From Squalus acanthias (lineage: Eukaryota): a stretch of DNA of 64,000 nucleotides. Location: contig CM059431.1 in NCBI GenBank assembly GCA_030390025.1, positions 149,360,001 to 149,424,000 of the forward strand, given 5' to 3'. Numbering within the stretch: position 1 is the stretch's first letter; every line of letters begins with the position of its first letter. Position numbers and translations under genes: made by a program. Below are positions 38,981 through 49,197 of this stretch, one piece after another. Under the pieces are notes generated by a model. It was not told where the DNA came from. It did not search any database and saw only the letters and a list, made by a program, of their open reading frames with translations.

Positions 38981-41610
38981 GAGTTTCCCTCTTGCTTCTG
39001 TAAAATTCTGTGTGCTGTGGGCCGTTTGAGCGGTTAATGATCCACTGACCGAATGTGCTTTATTACTGGGTGTGATCCCAATTTTTTTATCTCTAAAAAT
39101 AGCACAGAACTAAGCTGTTGCCGGATAAACAAAACCCACGTGTTGGAAGGACAGTAGAGTTATTCCAGGAAGAAAGTGGATTAGTTTAAATACACTGGTA
39201 GGACGGAAGCAGGAATTGATATCTCGACACTGATATGACCGAGAGACAGGATCTGAGCATCCCAGGGAGAGGAATCACTGAGTGTGTGGTCGGCAATGAT
39301 CATTGGGAAAGGACAAGCCTCCATCCCCAGCCTGTGTTGAGTTGGCCTGATCTCACACCCGGTGTGGTACGGAGAATACATTCACACACAGCAGGCGATA
39401 CCCATGCTCCATCCCTGATCTGTACTGAGTTATGCTGATATCACCCGGTGTCGTACTGTGCCCCTCACACACAGCGCGGGAAAGTCCCAGGCTCCATCTC
39501 CGGGCTGTGCTGAGTGAGCTGATCTCAGACCCGCTGTGGTATTGAGCTCCACAAATGCACTCACACAAAGAATGGGACAGTGCAGAGGGAGCTTTAATTT
39601 GCATCTCAGCCATGCTGTATATGCATGGGGGAGTTTGAGTGGCCAGTGCAGAGTGAGCTTTACTCTGTGTTTAACCCAGTGCTGTACCTGTCCTGGGAGT
39701 GTTTGATGCGACAGTGTAGAGTGAGATTTACTCTGTATCTAACCCGTGCTGTACCTGCCCTATGAGTGTTTGATGGGCCAGTGTAGAGGGAACTTTACTC
39801 TATATCTAACCCCGTCCTGTAGCTGCCCTGAGAGTGTTTCATGGGGCAGTGTAGAGGGAGATTTGCACTGTATCGAACGTCGTGCTGTACCTGCCCTGGG
39901 AGAGTTGGAGGGCCAGTTCAGAGGCAGAGTCACTCGGTATCTAACATGTGCTGTACCTGTCCTGGGTGCGTCTGATGGGACAGTGAAAAGGGAGATTTAC
40001 TCTCTATCTAACCCGTTCTCTACCTGCCCTGGGAGTGTGAGAAGGGTCAGGGGGACGAGAGCTTTACTCTGTATCTAACCCATGCTGTACCTGCCTGGGA
40101 GTGTTTGATGGGGATGTGTAGAGGGAGATTAACTCTGTATCTAACCCCGTGCTTTACCTTCCGAGGGAGCAGTTTAAACTAAGATGGCTGTCATTCCCCA
40201 CGCCTCACATTCCTGAGTATTATTCTGAGACAGTGTTTGTGTTGGTTTGTCCTGTTATTACAGAACTTCTTCTGTTCACCCTCTACGATTCTGTCTCTCG
40301 CTGGGGTCAGGGTTCCTTGGGCAGTTCCTTCAGGGAACACTGCTGAGTGTTGGTATTGAAACGTAGGAGTCGTCACGGTCAGTCTCTATTGTGATTTCCG
40401 CTTCCATAACAACAGCCGTTACATTACATAAAATGTAAAGCACAGAAACAGGCCAGTCAGTTCAATTGCTGTATGCCAGTCTTTATGCGCCACATGTACC
40501 TCCATCCACCATTCTTCATCTCACACTTTCAGCATAACCTTCTAATCATTTCTGCTATTAGTGTTTATAATGCTTCCCCTTAAATGGATCAATATCATCC
40601 ACCTCAACCAATCTCTGTGTTAGCGAGTTCCACATTCTCACCACTCTCTGGGTAAAGAGCTTTCTCCTGACTTCCTTATTGTATTTATTGGTGACTATCT
40701 TATATTCATGGTCCGGCTGGAGTATTGTGTCCCATTCTTGGCGGCACACTTTAGGAGAGATGTCAGTCATAGAGTTATACAGCACAGAAAGAGGCCTTTC
40801 GGCACATCCTGTCCGCGCTGGCTATCCAGCCCTGTCTATTCTAATCCCAATTTCCAGCCCTTGTTCCGTAGCCTTGTCTGCTTTGGCGTTTCAAGTGATC
40901 ATCTAAATGCTTCTTGAATGTTGTGAGGGTTCCTGCCTCTACCACCCTTTCAGGCAGTGCGTTCCAGATTCCACCCACAATTTGGGTGAGAAAATATTTA
41001 CTCAAATTCCCGTTAAACCTCCTGCCCCTTACCTTGAAACTATGCCCCCTGGTTATTGAACCCTCTACTAAGGGGTAAAGTTCATTTCTATCTACACTAT
41101 CTATGCCTCTCATAATTGTGTACTCGTAAATCAGCTCCCCCCTCAGCCTTCTATGCTCTAAGGAAACCAACCCCAGCCTGTCTCCTCATAGCTGACGCAC
41201 TCCAGCCCAGGTAACATCCTGGTTAATCCCCCTGCACCCTCTCCAATGTAATCACATCGTTCCTATAGTGTGGCGACCAGAACTTCACACAGTATTCCAG
41301 CTGTGCCCTAACTCGCGTTTTGTACAGTTCCTTCATAAACTCCCTGCTCTTATATTCTATGCCTCGGCTAATGAATGCAAGTATCCCATATGCCTTTTTC
41401 AACACCTTATCTAGCTGTCCTGCTGCCTTCAGGGATCTATGTAAATGCACACTAAGGTCCGTTTGATCCTCTATCCTTCCGAGTGTCCTACTATTCATTG
41501 TTTATTCCCTTGCCTTGTTAGTCCTCCAAAATGCATCACCTCACACTTTTCAGGGTTAAATTCCATTTGCCACTGTTCTACCCATCTGACCAACCAATCT
41601 ATATCGTCCT
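38500..41610 (+). repeat. Segmental duplication, copy B (includes 80 bp units at 39320-39560 and the 68 bp minisatellite at 39570-40170)
   Basis: Colinear with 3520-6570. Confidence 0.92.
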
Positions 41611-42110
41611 GTATCCTAAGGCTTCTCTCCTCGCTATTTACCACTCCACCAATTTTCGTGTCATCTCCGAACTTACTGATCATACCTCTTACATTCATAT
41701 CTAAATCATTATTGTACACTACAAACAGCAAGAGACCCAGCACCGATCCCTGCGTTACACCGCTGGACACAGGCTTCCAGTCACAAAAACAACCTTCGAC
41801 CATCACCCTCTGCAACCTGCCACTAAGCCAATTTTGAATACAATGTGCCAAATTGCCCTGGATCCCATGGGCTCTTAACTTCTTATAAAGGTTCAGCATA
41901 ACGTCCTTGCTCTTGTACTCTGCCAGTATTTATAAAGCTGCGGATCCCATGTGTTATTTTCAACAATCTTGTCAACTTCTCCTGCCATCTTGAAAGGCTT
42001 GTTTATGTAAACACCCAGGTGTCTCTCTGCCTGCGCCCCCTTTAAAATTGTACCATTATTAATACAGTTAAAATTTATCAAAATCCATTTTGCTGCATTC
42101 CACATTACCT
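40430..42110 (-). mobile_element. Stacked CR1 fragments
   Basis: QGSVLG.LLF, KFGDDTKIGG, LEYCVKFWSPHYR and FTQRVVRMWNSL motifs. Confidence 0.9.
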
Positions 42111-42239
42111 GTAAACCGAAATGAAGACGTGTCCAACTTTTTTAGTGTCACGTTTTGTTGTATTTTCTCTCTGCTTCTCCTCATTTTCCTCCCAGATTTA
42201 TCCTTCACACCTCTCTGCAATAAATTTCATCTGTTTTTT

Positions 42240-43570
42240 TTATCATTTTGCTTAATTCATGGTATGTGGCCATGGCTGGCACGGCCAGCAATTATTACTC
42301 ATCCCTAACTAATCTTGAGAAGGTGTAGTTAAGCCGCCTTCTTGAACCGCTGCAGTCCGTGAGGCGAAGGTACACCTACAGTGCTGTTACGGAGTGAGTT
42401 GCATGATCTTGACCAGCGAAAATTAAGGAAAGGCGATAAACTTCTAAGTTTGGAAGGTGTGTTATTTGGAATGGAACTTGGAGGTGATGATGTTTCCATG
42501 CGCCTGCTGCCGTTGTCTTTCTAGGTGGTAAATGTCGCGGGTTTGGGAGGTGCTGTCGAAGAATCCTTGGCGAGTTGCTGCAACGCATCTTCTACATGTT
42601 ACACACTGCAGCCACGGTGCAACGACGATGAAAGGAGTGAACGTTTAAGGTGCTGGATGTGTTGCCAATCAAGCGGGCTGCTTTGTCCAGAAGGATGTCC
42701 AGCATCTTGAATGTTGTTGGAGCTGCCCTCATCCAGACAAGTGAAGAGTATTCCATCACACACCTTAGTTGTGCCTTAAGATGGTGGAAAGTCTTTGGGT
42801 TGTCAGGAGCTGAGAAATCGCCCCAGAATATCCAGGCTCTCACCTGCTCCTGTAGCTACAATGTTATGTGGCTAGTCCTGGTCCAGTTATGTTTTTGGTG
42901 AATGTTGACCTCAGGATATTGAAGATGGGGTATTTGGCGATAGTCATGCCATTGAATGTCACGGGGAGGTGGCTCTTATTGGAGATCGTCATTGGCTGGC
43001 ACATGTGTGGTGCGAGTGTTACTTGCCACTTATCAGCTCAAGCCTGAAAGTTGTCCTGGTCGTGCTGCATGCGGGCACAGACTGCTTCCTTATATGAGGA
43101 GTAACGAATTGAAGTGAATATAGCAATCTTAAGCGAACATCATCAGTTCTGACCTTATGGTGAAGAGAATATCATTGATGAAATAGCTGAACATGGGTGA
43201 GAATCGGACACTGCACTGAGCAACTCCTGCAGCGCTGTCCTGGGGCTGAAATTATTGTCTTCCAACAACCACAACCATCTTTCTGTGCTAGATATGACTC
43301 CAGCCAATGGAGAGTTTTCCCCTCATTATCAATGACTTCAATTTTACGAGAGCTCATTGATGGCACACTTGGTCAAATGCTGCATTGATGTCGAGGGCAT
43401 TACTCTCACCACAGCTCTCGAATTTAGCTGTTTGTCCATGTCTCGACAAAGGCTGTAATGAAGCCTGGAGCCGAATGGTCCTGGCTGCACCCAAACTTAG
43501 CGTCAGTGAGCAGCTTATTGGTGAGAAAGTACCACTTAATTGCACTGTCGACGACACCTTTCATCACTTT
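42240..43570 (-). mobile_element. Second-family CR1-clade LINE, degraded 3' portion
   Basis: ALDINAAFDQV, EGKTLHWLESYL and MEYSSLVWMRAAPTT motifs; same family as 9586-10080. Confidence 0.85.
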
Positions 43571-43579
43571 ACTCATTTC

Positions 43580-44270
43580 ACTAGTCTGCTTATGTTCTCC
43601 TGAAGCCTACTACTTTCCAACTCAGTGTTTACTACACTTCCTAGTTTTCTGTCATCGGCAAACGTTCAATTTATGCCCTTTATATAAGACTATATGATTA
43701 ATATTCATCAAAAAGATCAGTGGTCCGAATAGCGAACCTGGGGGACACCACTGTATTCTTCCCTTCAGTGTGAACAACATTCATTTAACAATTCGCTTTG
43801 TTCTCTGAAGCTTAGCCAATGTAAGATCCCCACTGCCATTGCCCCATTTGTCCTAACAAGTTTATGCAATGGACTTATTAAATGACTTTCTAAAGTCCAT
43901 ATACACAACATCAACCACACTACACTCATTAACCCTATACGTTAGTTCATCAAAAACTAAATCAAGATTGTCAGACACACCTTGCCGTTAACATATCCGT
44001 GCTGGTTGTCATTTATTAATCCATGTTTTTTCCAAGTGACAGATAATTATCTCCGAGAATATGGCCTCTAGAAGTGTCCCCACAACCTTCGTTAGCCTTA
44101 CTGGCCTTCAGTTACAGGGTTTATCCCTCTATTCTTTTTTTAAAAAGAGTGTAATTTTTGCAACAGTTAAATTCTCCGGCACCATTCCCATAACCAAGGA
44201 GGATTGAAAGAGTCTGGCTAATCCTGCGCTATTTCCATCATTCCATCCCTCAGTAACCCTCATACATCCC
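43580..44270 (-). mobile_element. Old CR1 RT fragment
   Basis: LFQSSL..GMVPE...VAKIT.F.KK and reverse-complement VDVVYMDF.KSF. Confidence 0.75.
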
Positions 44271-44329
44271 AAATCGGACTGCGGAATTGTTCTGCTTCTC
44301 TGGAGTACAAAACTTGTTGGATTGAAAGG

Positions 44330-44475
44330 CGTTAACTGAAGCTGCTTGTTCACTGACTGTAATTAATGCCAGTCTCCATGGGTTAACTGAAGCTGTTTGT
44401 TCAGTGACTGTAATTAATGTTCATCTCCATGGACCATAATTGCATCAGTGCAGGGTTTCCCTCTTCTATTTATGA
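44330..44475 (+). promoter_or_regulatory. Putative GPCR promoter: two 51 bp repeats with TAATTAA, plus TATA-like CTATTTAT
   Basis: TGTTCAnTGACTGTAATTAATG at 44347 and 44398, ~200-260 bp upstream of the ATG; the motif recurs at 63941. Confidence 0.55.
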
Positions 44476-44603
44476 GGTATTCCTTTCAATGTGTTATCCA
44501 GCAGTGACATGAGAGCATCACCTCCGGCACTAACAGGGATCAGCACGCTGCCTTACAGAGAGGGAGTCGGAATGTTAGAACAGTAGATTGGAATGTTACA
44601 ACA

Positions 44604-44784
44604 ATGGATCAGAAGCTGAGAACAATAGATTGGAATGATACAACAATGGGCAGGAGTTTCATGTGGGAGTTTAACATACTTTCTGCAGCTTATGATGGAC
44701 TATCATTACAATTGCGGATCAATTTCGCACTTAAGATTATTCAACACTTTTACTATCCGCTCCTTGCTGTTGTTGGTGTTCCTG
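44604..44784 (+). CDS. Coding exon 1 of a GPR139/GPR142-like class A GPCR (N-terminus plus first half of TM1)
   Basis: MDQK..WNDT..KIIQHFYYPLLAVVGVP then G|GTAAGT (phase 1). This resembles GPR139 YYSLLLCLGLP, where that gene's intron falls. Strong Kozak context ACAATGG and an N-glycosylation sequon. Exon 2 not found in the window. Confidence 0.8.
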
Positions 44785-45019
44785 GTAAGTCTTTCTGTCC
44801 AGCTATTCTATTCACCATATTTAACTGCATTAATGTTCTTGTCATTTACTCTCCCCTCGTTGTTGTTATTGTTGTTCCCGGTAAGTCTCTGCATCCAACT
44901 ATTAACTCTGCAACATTTGATAACTGCATTACTGTTCTTGTAATTTACTCTGTCATCTTTGCTCTGTTCATTCTTTATATCCAGCAATTAGATCTGTAAT
45001 CCTCGGAATAACCACCACC

Positions 45020-45310
45020 ATAACATCACCCGTCTTCGCCCCGTCTCAGACATTCCGCTGCAATAACCCCATTTGTGAAATCCAGAATCGACTATTCCAA
45101 TGCTTTCCTGGCCCGCCTCTCAGTTACAAGCCTCCATAAAATAGAGCTCATCCAAAACTCTTCTGTCCATATCCTAACACGCATCGTGACCCGTTCACGC
45201 ATCACTTTTGTGTTCGCTGAGCTACATTTGCTCCCGATCTGGCAACACCTCGAACTTAATATTCTCCTCCTTGTGTTCAAATCCCATCATGGCCTCACCC
45301 CTCCAAATTT
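45020..45310 (+). mobile_element. L2 LINE 3' ORF fragment
   Basis: SRIDYSNAFLA..LIQNS..ILTR..IT.V..LH.LP..ILLLVFK..GL.P. Confidence 0.85.
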
Positions 45311-45489
45311 GTCCCATTCCCCTGCTCTTTTCCCATAGTCCTGCAAATTGCTTTCCTTCAAGTATTTATCCAATTCCACTTTAAAAGGTATTTTATTTTT
45401 TCACTGTACCTCTACCAGTCTTTCAGTCTCTATTTTTCTTTCTCTCTTTCTCTTGCTCTCTCCATCTTCTCTCTCTCTGTGTCTCATGC

Positions 45490-45860
45490 TCGTAGAACCA
45501 TTAAATGGTATAGCACAGAAGGAGGCCATTCGATCGGTTGTGTCCATGCCGTCTCTTTGAAAGGGCTATCTAATTAGTCCTAATCTTTAGCCAGATCCCT
45601 GTAATAAATTCCCCTTCAATTACTAATCTAATTCCCAGTCGAGACGTGAATTTGCTAACATCAGGTTCTCAGACAGTGCATTGCTGATCACAACAACTCA
45701 CTGCATAAGAACATTCTCCTCAGCTCTCCTCTGTTTTTTTCCCAATTACCTTAAATCTGTGACCACTGGTTCCCCATCCTTCTGCCACTGGAAACAGTTT
45801 CGACTTATGTACTCGATCAAAACCCATCATGATATTTATCATCATTATTAAAACTCCCAT
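45490..45860 (-). mobile_element. CR1 3' fragment
   Basis: GFDRV...KLFP.AEG..T.GHRFKVIGK. Confidence 0.75.
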
Positions 45861-46701
45861 TATGTTAAAGGACATGGATAGAAGATGTGTAAAATGTCTC
45901 AACTGCAGGAAGCCTAATTTTACTCAGCTGCGACTTCATTTATCAAAAGTAGATTGGAAACAGTTAATTTAAGGGAAATCAGTGGCAGCAGTGGGAAGCA
46001 TTCAAGAAGTAGATAGTGAGGTTTCGGAGCAAATATGTTTCCACAACGAAATAGGATGAGAACCCAATTCTAGAGACCCCTGGATGTCAAGAATCATAGG
46101 TGGTAGGATAAGGAGAAAAAGGGAAGCATTTGACAGATACCGATAGCTCAATACTACAGACAGCCCAGAGGAGTGTAGAAAGTGTAGGGGTGAAATTACA
46201 AATGAAATTAGGAAGGCAAAGAAAGGGCAGGAAAAATATTGCCAAGGTGATTTTGTGACTGGAAGGCTGTTTCCAGTGCGATTCCGCAGAGCTCCGTTGT
46301 AAGTACCCTTGCCTTTTGTGGTATATATCAATGATCAATACGTCAATGCTGAGGCCATGATTAAGAAGTTTGTAGATGATACAAAAATTGTCCGTGTAGT
46401 TGATAGTGAGGAAGATAGTTGTAAACTGCAGGAAGATGTCAATGGACTGGTTAGAGGGGCAGAAAAGTTTAAAATGGAATTCAATCCAGTGAAGTGTGCG
46501 GTGATACATTTGGGAAGGGTTAACAAGGCAAGGGAATACACAGTAAATGCTGGGGAAATGAAAAGTGTAGAGCAACAGAGGGACCTTCGAGTGCATGTCC
46601 ACAGATCCCTAAAAGTTGCAGGACATGTAGATGGGGAGGTTAAGAAGGCATATGGGATTATTTCGTTCATTAGACAAGGCACAGAACATAAGAGCAGGGA
46701 A

Positions 46702-47284
46702 CACCTCCGTTCAGTCCGTAAGGGGGACCCCGAGCTCCCGGTGGCCTGTCACTTTAATTCACCGCTTCACTCCCACTCTGACCTCACCGTCCTCGGCCTA
46801 TTACACTGTTCCACGGAAGCTCAGCGTAAGCTCGAGGAACAGCACCTCATCTTTCGTTTAGGCACGCTACAGCCCTCTGGACTCAATATCGAGTTCAACA
46901 ATTTTAGATCATAACCTCAGCTCCAATCACATTTATATTTTATTTTATCCACCCTTTTATTTGTCCCCCCCCCCCCACCTTTTTTTTTCCTCCTAGAAGC
47001 TGGCAGCTGTCCTTCATTCTGCCAGTGGATTTCACACTTAATTCAGCCTTAATCTGTCACGTTAACACCACCTCTAGCCTTGCATATCTCTTAATGTCTC
47101 TTCATCTCCCCCTTTGTTCCTTTATCCCCTCCCCCTTTTCCCAGCTTTACCCTGGCCTTAAATCTATTTGATTTCCGGCTCTTCCCAGTTCTGATGAAAG
47201 GTCATCGACCTGAAACGTTAACTCTCTTTCTCTCTCCACGGATGTTGCCTGGCCTGCTGAGTTTTTCCAGCGTTTTCTGTTGTT
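46702..47284 (+). mobile_element. Penelope-like element 3' fragment (GIY-YIG C-terminus plus 3' repeat region)
   Basis: EHLRSV..LPVACHFN..H..RKLEEQHLIFRLGTLQPSGLN; flanked by a direct repeat ATAAGAGCAGGGAA (46688-46701 and 47285-47298). Confidence 0.9.
47187..47223 (+). ncRNA. Minimal hammerhead ribozyme (Penelope type)
   Basis: AGTT-CTGATGA-A-AGGTC atc GACCT-GAAAC-GTT-AACT: conserved core, stem II, palindromic stem III and a 4 bp stem I. Confidence 0.8.
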
Positions 47285-47460
47285 ATAAGAGCAGGGAAGT
47301 TGTGCTAGAACTGTATAAAACACTAGTTAGGCCACAGCTAAGAGTAATGCATACAATTCTGGTCACCACATTAAAGCAAAGATGTGACTTCACTCGATAG
47401 TTTACAGAAGAGATTCACGAGGATGTTGCCAGGACTGGTTGAATTTTAGCTATGAGGAAA

Positions 47461-47920
47461 GGGAGGCCCGAGGCTCAGGTAGGCCTCAGACCAGCGTCGA
47501 CAGCGGGGGAGGAGGAGCCTTTCTTTCTTTCTCTCTCCCACAGAGCGGTCGGCAGCGGGGAAGGAGGGGCGGACCTGGTTGGAGCGGCAGAGGCCTGAGG
47601 TGAGTCATTAAAGGGAGGCCCGAGGCTCAGGTAGGCCTCAGACCAGCGTCGACAGCGGGGGAGGAGGAGCCTTTCTTTCTTTCTTTCTCTCTCCCACAGA
47701 GCGGTCGGCAGCGGGGAAGGAGGGGCGGACCTGGTTGGAGCGGCAGAGGCCTGAGGTGAGTCATTAAAGGGAGGCCCGAGGCTCAGGTAGGCCTCAGACC
47801 AGCGTCGACAGCGGGGGAGGAGGAGCCTTTCTTTCTTTCTCTCTCCCACAGAGCGGTCGGCAGCGGGGAAGGAGGGGCGGACCTGGTTGGAGCGGCAGAG
47901 GCCTGAGGTGAGTCATTAAA
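47461..47920 (+). repeat. Three near-identical 152-156 bp CR1 5'UTR monomers
   Basis: Units start at 47461, 47613 and 47769; they differ by one TTTC unit. Confidence 0.95.
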
Positions 47921-47980
47921 CTCACCTACGTGGCCTTTTTCCCCAGCGGGGAAAGAGCTTCGCGGGCTTTTTCAAAGGCA

Positions 47981-48014
47981 GGGGGCGGGGCCAATTCATT
48001 GGTACCCGTATATA
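47981..48014 (+). promoter_or_regulatory. Putative internal Pol II promoter of CR1
   Basis: GC box GGGGCGGGG, CCAAT at 47991, inverted ATTGG, TATATA at 48009. Confidence 0.45.
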
Positions 48015-48205
48015 GGTGGAGCGGTTGCTAAACCCGAGACACTACACTAGTAGTGACTCCCACCCTCCCACCTCCTCTAACCTTTAGGGGTAGAGGGAAT
48101 TTAAAAGGTAGGTTCGATTTTATATTTTGTTTTCAGGGACTTAACTCCTGGACCTAAGATAAATAAGTTTAAATTTTAGTAAGAAAGTAACATAAGGGTT
48201 AAGTC

Positions 48206-49150
48206 ATGACAGGAAGTCTCGGACCCGTTTCATGCTCCTCCTGTGCCATGTGGGAAACCAGGGACACTTCCAGTGTCCCTGACAACTATGTGTGCGGGAA
48301 GTGTGTCCAGCTGCAGCTCCTGACAGCCCGCATGGCGGTGCTGGAGCTGCGGGTGGACTCACTCTGGAGCATGCACGATGCCGAGAACTCGGTGAATCGC
48401 TCATTTAGTGAGTTGTCCACACCGCAGGTAAAGGCTAGGACAGACAGTGAATGGGTGACCAAGAAGCAGGGCAATATCAGGAAGGTAGTGCAGGAGCCCC
48501 CTGTGGTCATCTCCCTCCAAAACAGGTATGCCGCTTTGGATACTGTTGGGGGAGATGGCCTACCAGGGGAAGGCACCAGCAGCCAGGTTCATGGCACCAT
48601 GGCTGGCTCTGCTGCACAGCAGGGCGGGAAAAAGAGTGGTAGGGCTATAGTGATAGGGGACTCAATTGTAAGGGGAATAGACAGGAGTTTCTGTGGCCGC
48701 AACCGAGATTCCAGGATGGTATGTTGCCTCCCTGGTGCAAGGGTCAAGGATGTCTCGGAGCGGCTGCAGAACATTCTGAAGAGGGAGGGTGAACAGCCAG
48801 CTGTCGTGGTGCATGTAGTTACCAACGATATAGGTAAAAAGCGGGAAGAGGTCCTACAAGCAGAATTTAGGGAGCTAGGAGCTAAATTAAAAAGTAGGAC
48901 CTCTAAGGTAGTAATCTCTGGATTGCTACCAGGGCCACGTGCTAATCAGAATAGAGAAAACAGGATAGTGAGATTGAATACGTGGCTTGAGCAGTGGTGC
49001 AGGAGGGAGGGATTCAAATTCCTGAGGCATTGGAACCAGTTCTGGGGGAAGTGGGACCTGTACAAAAGGGACGGTCTGCACTTGGGCAGGATTGGAACCG
49101 ATGTCCTCGGGGTAATATTTGCTAAAGCAGTTCGGGAGGATTTAAACTAA
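48206..49150 (+). CDS. CR1 ORF1p (zinc finger/leucine zipper plus SGNH esterase)
   Basis: CSSC..CGKC, heptad leucine repeat, IVIGDS, CLPGA, HVVTND (usually GTND) and DGLH. Confidence 0.93.
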   Translation: MTGSLGPVSCSSCAMWETRDTSSVPDNYVCGKCVQLQLLTARMAVLELRVDSLWSMHDAENSVNRSFSELSTPQVKARTDSEWVTKKQGNIRKVVQEPPVVISLQNRYAALDTVGGDGLPGEGTSSQVHGTMAGSAAQQGGKKSGRAIVIGDSIVRGIDRSFCGRNRDSRMVCCLPGARVKDVSERLQNILKREGEQPAVVVHVVTNDIGKKREEVLQAEFRELGAKLKSRTSKVVISGLLPGPRANQNRENRIVRLNTWLEQWCRREGFKFLRHWNQFWGKWDLYKRDGLHLGRIGTDVLGVIFAKAVREDLN

Positions 49151-49197
49151 TATGGCAGGGGAATGGGAACCTATGTAGCGAAACAGGGGGAAGTAAT

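Larger units (their letters stand above)
45870..47460 (+). mobile_element. Old CR1 host fragment; continues at 52234-52540
   Basis: KFVDDTKI, MEFNP.KC.VIHLGR and LYKTLVRPQL motifs; interrupted by the Penelope fragment and the young CR1. Confidence 0.85.

Noticed and set aside
40264..40377. Possible exon (TTACAG|...|GTCAGT) in the duplicated unique segment
   Set aside because: Stops in all three frames, and the paralogous copy lacks the AG; at most non-coding.
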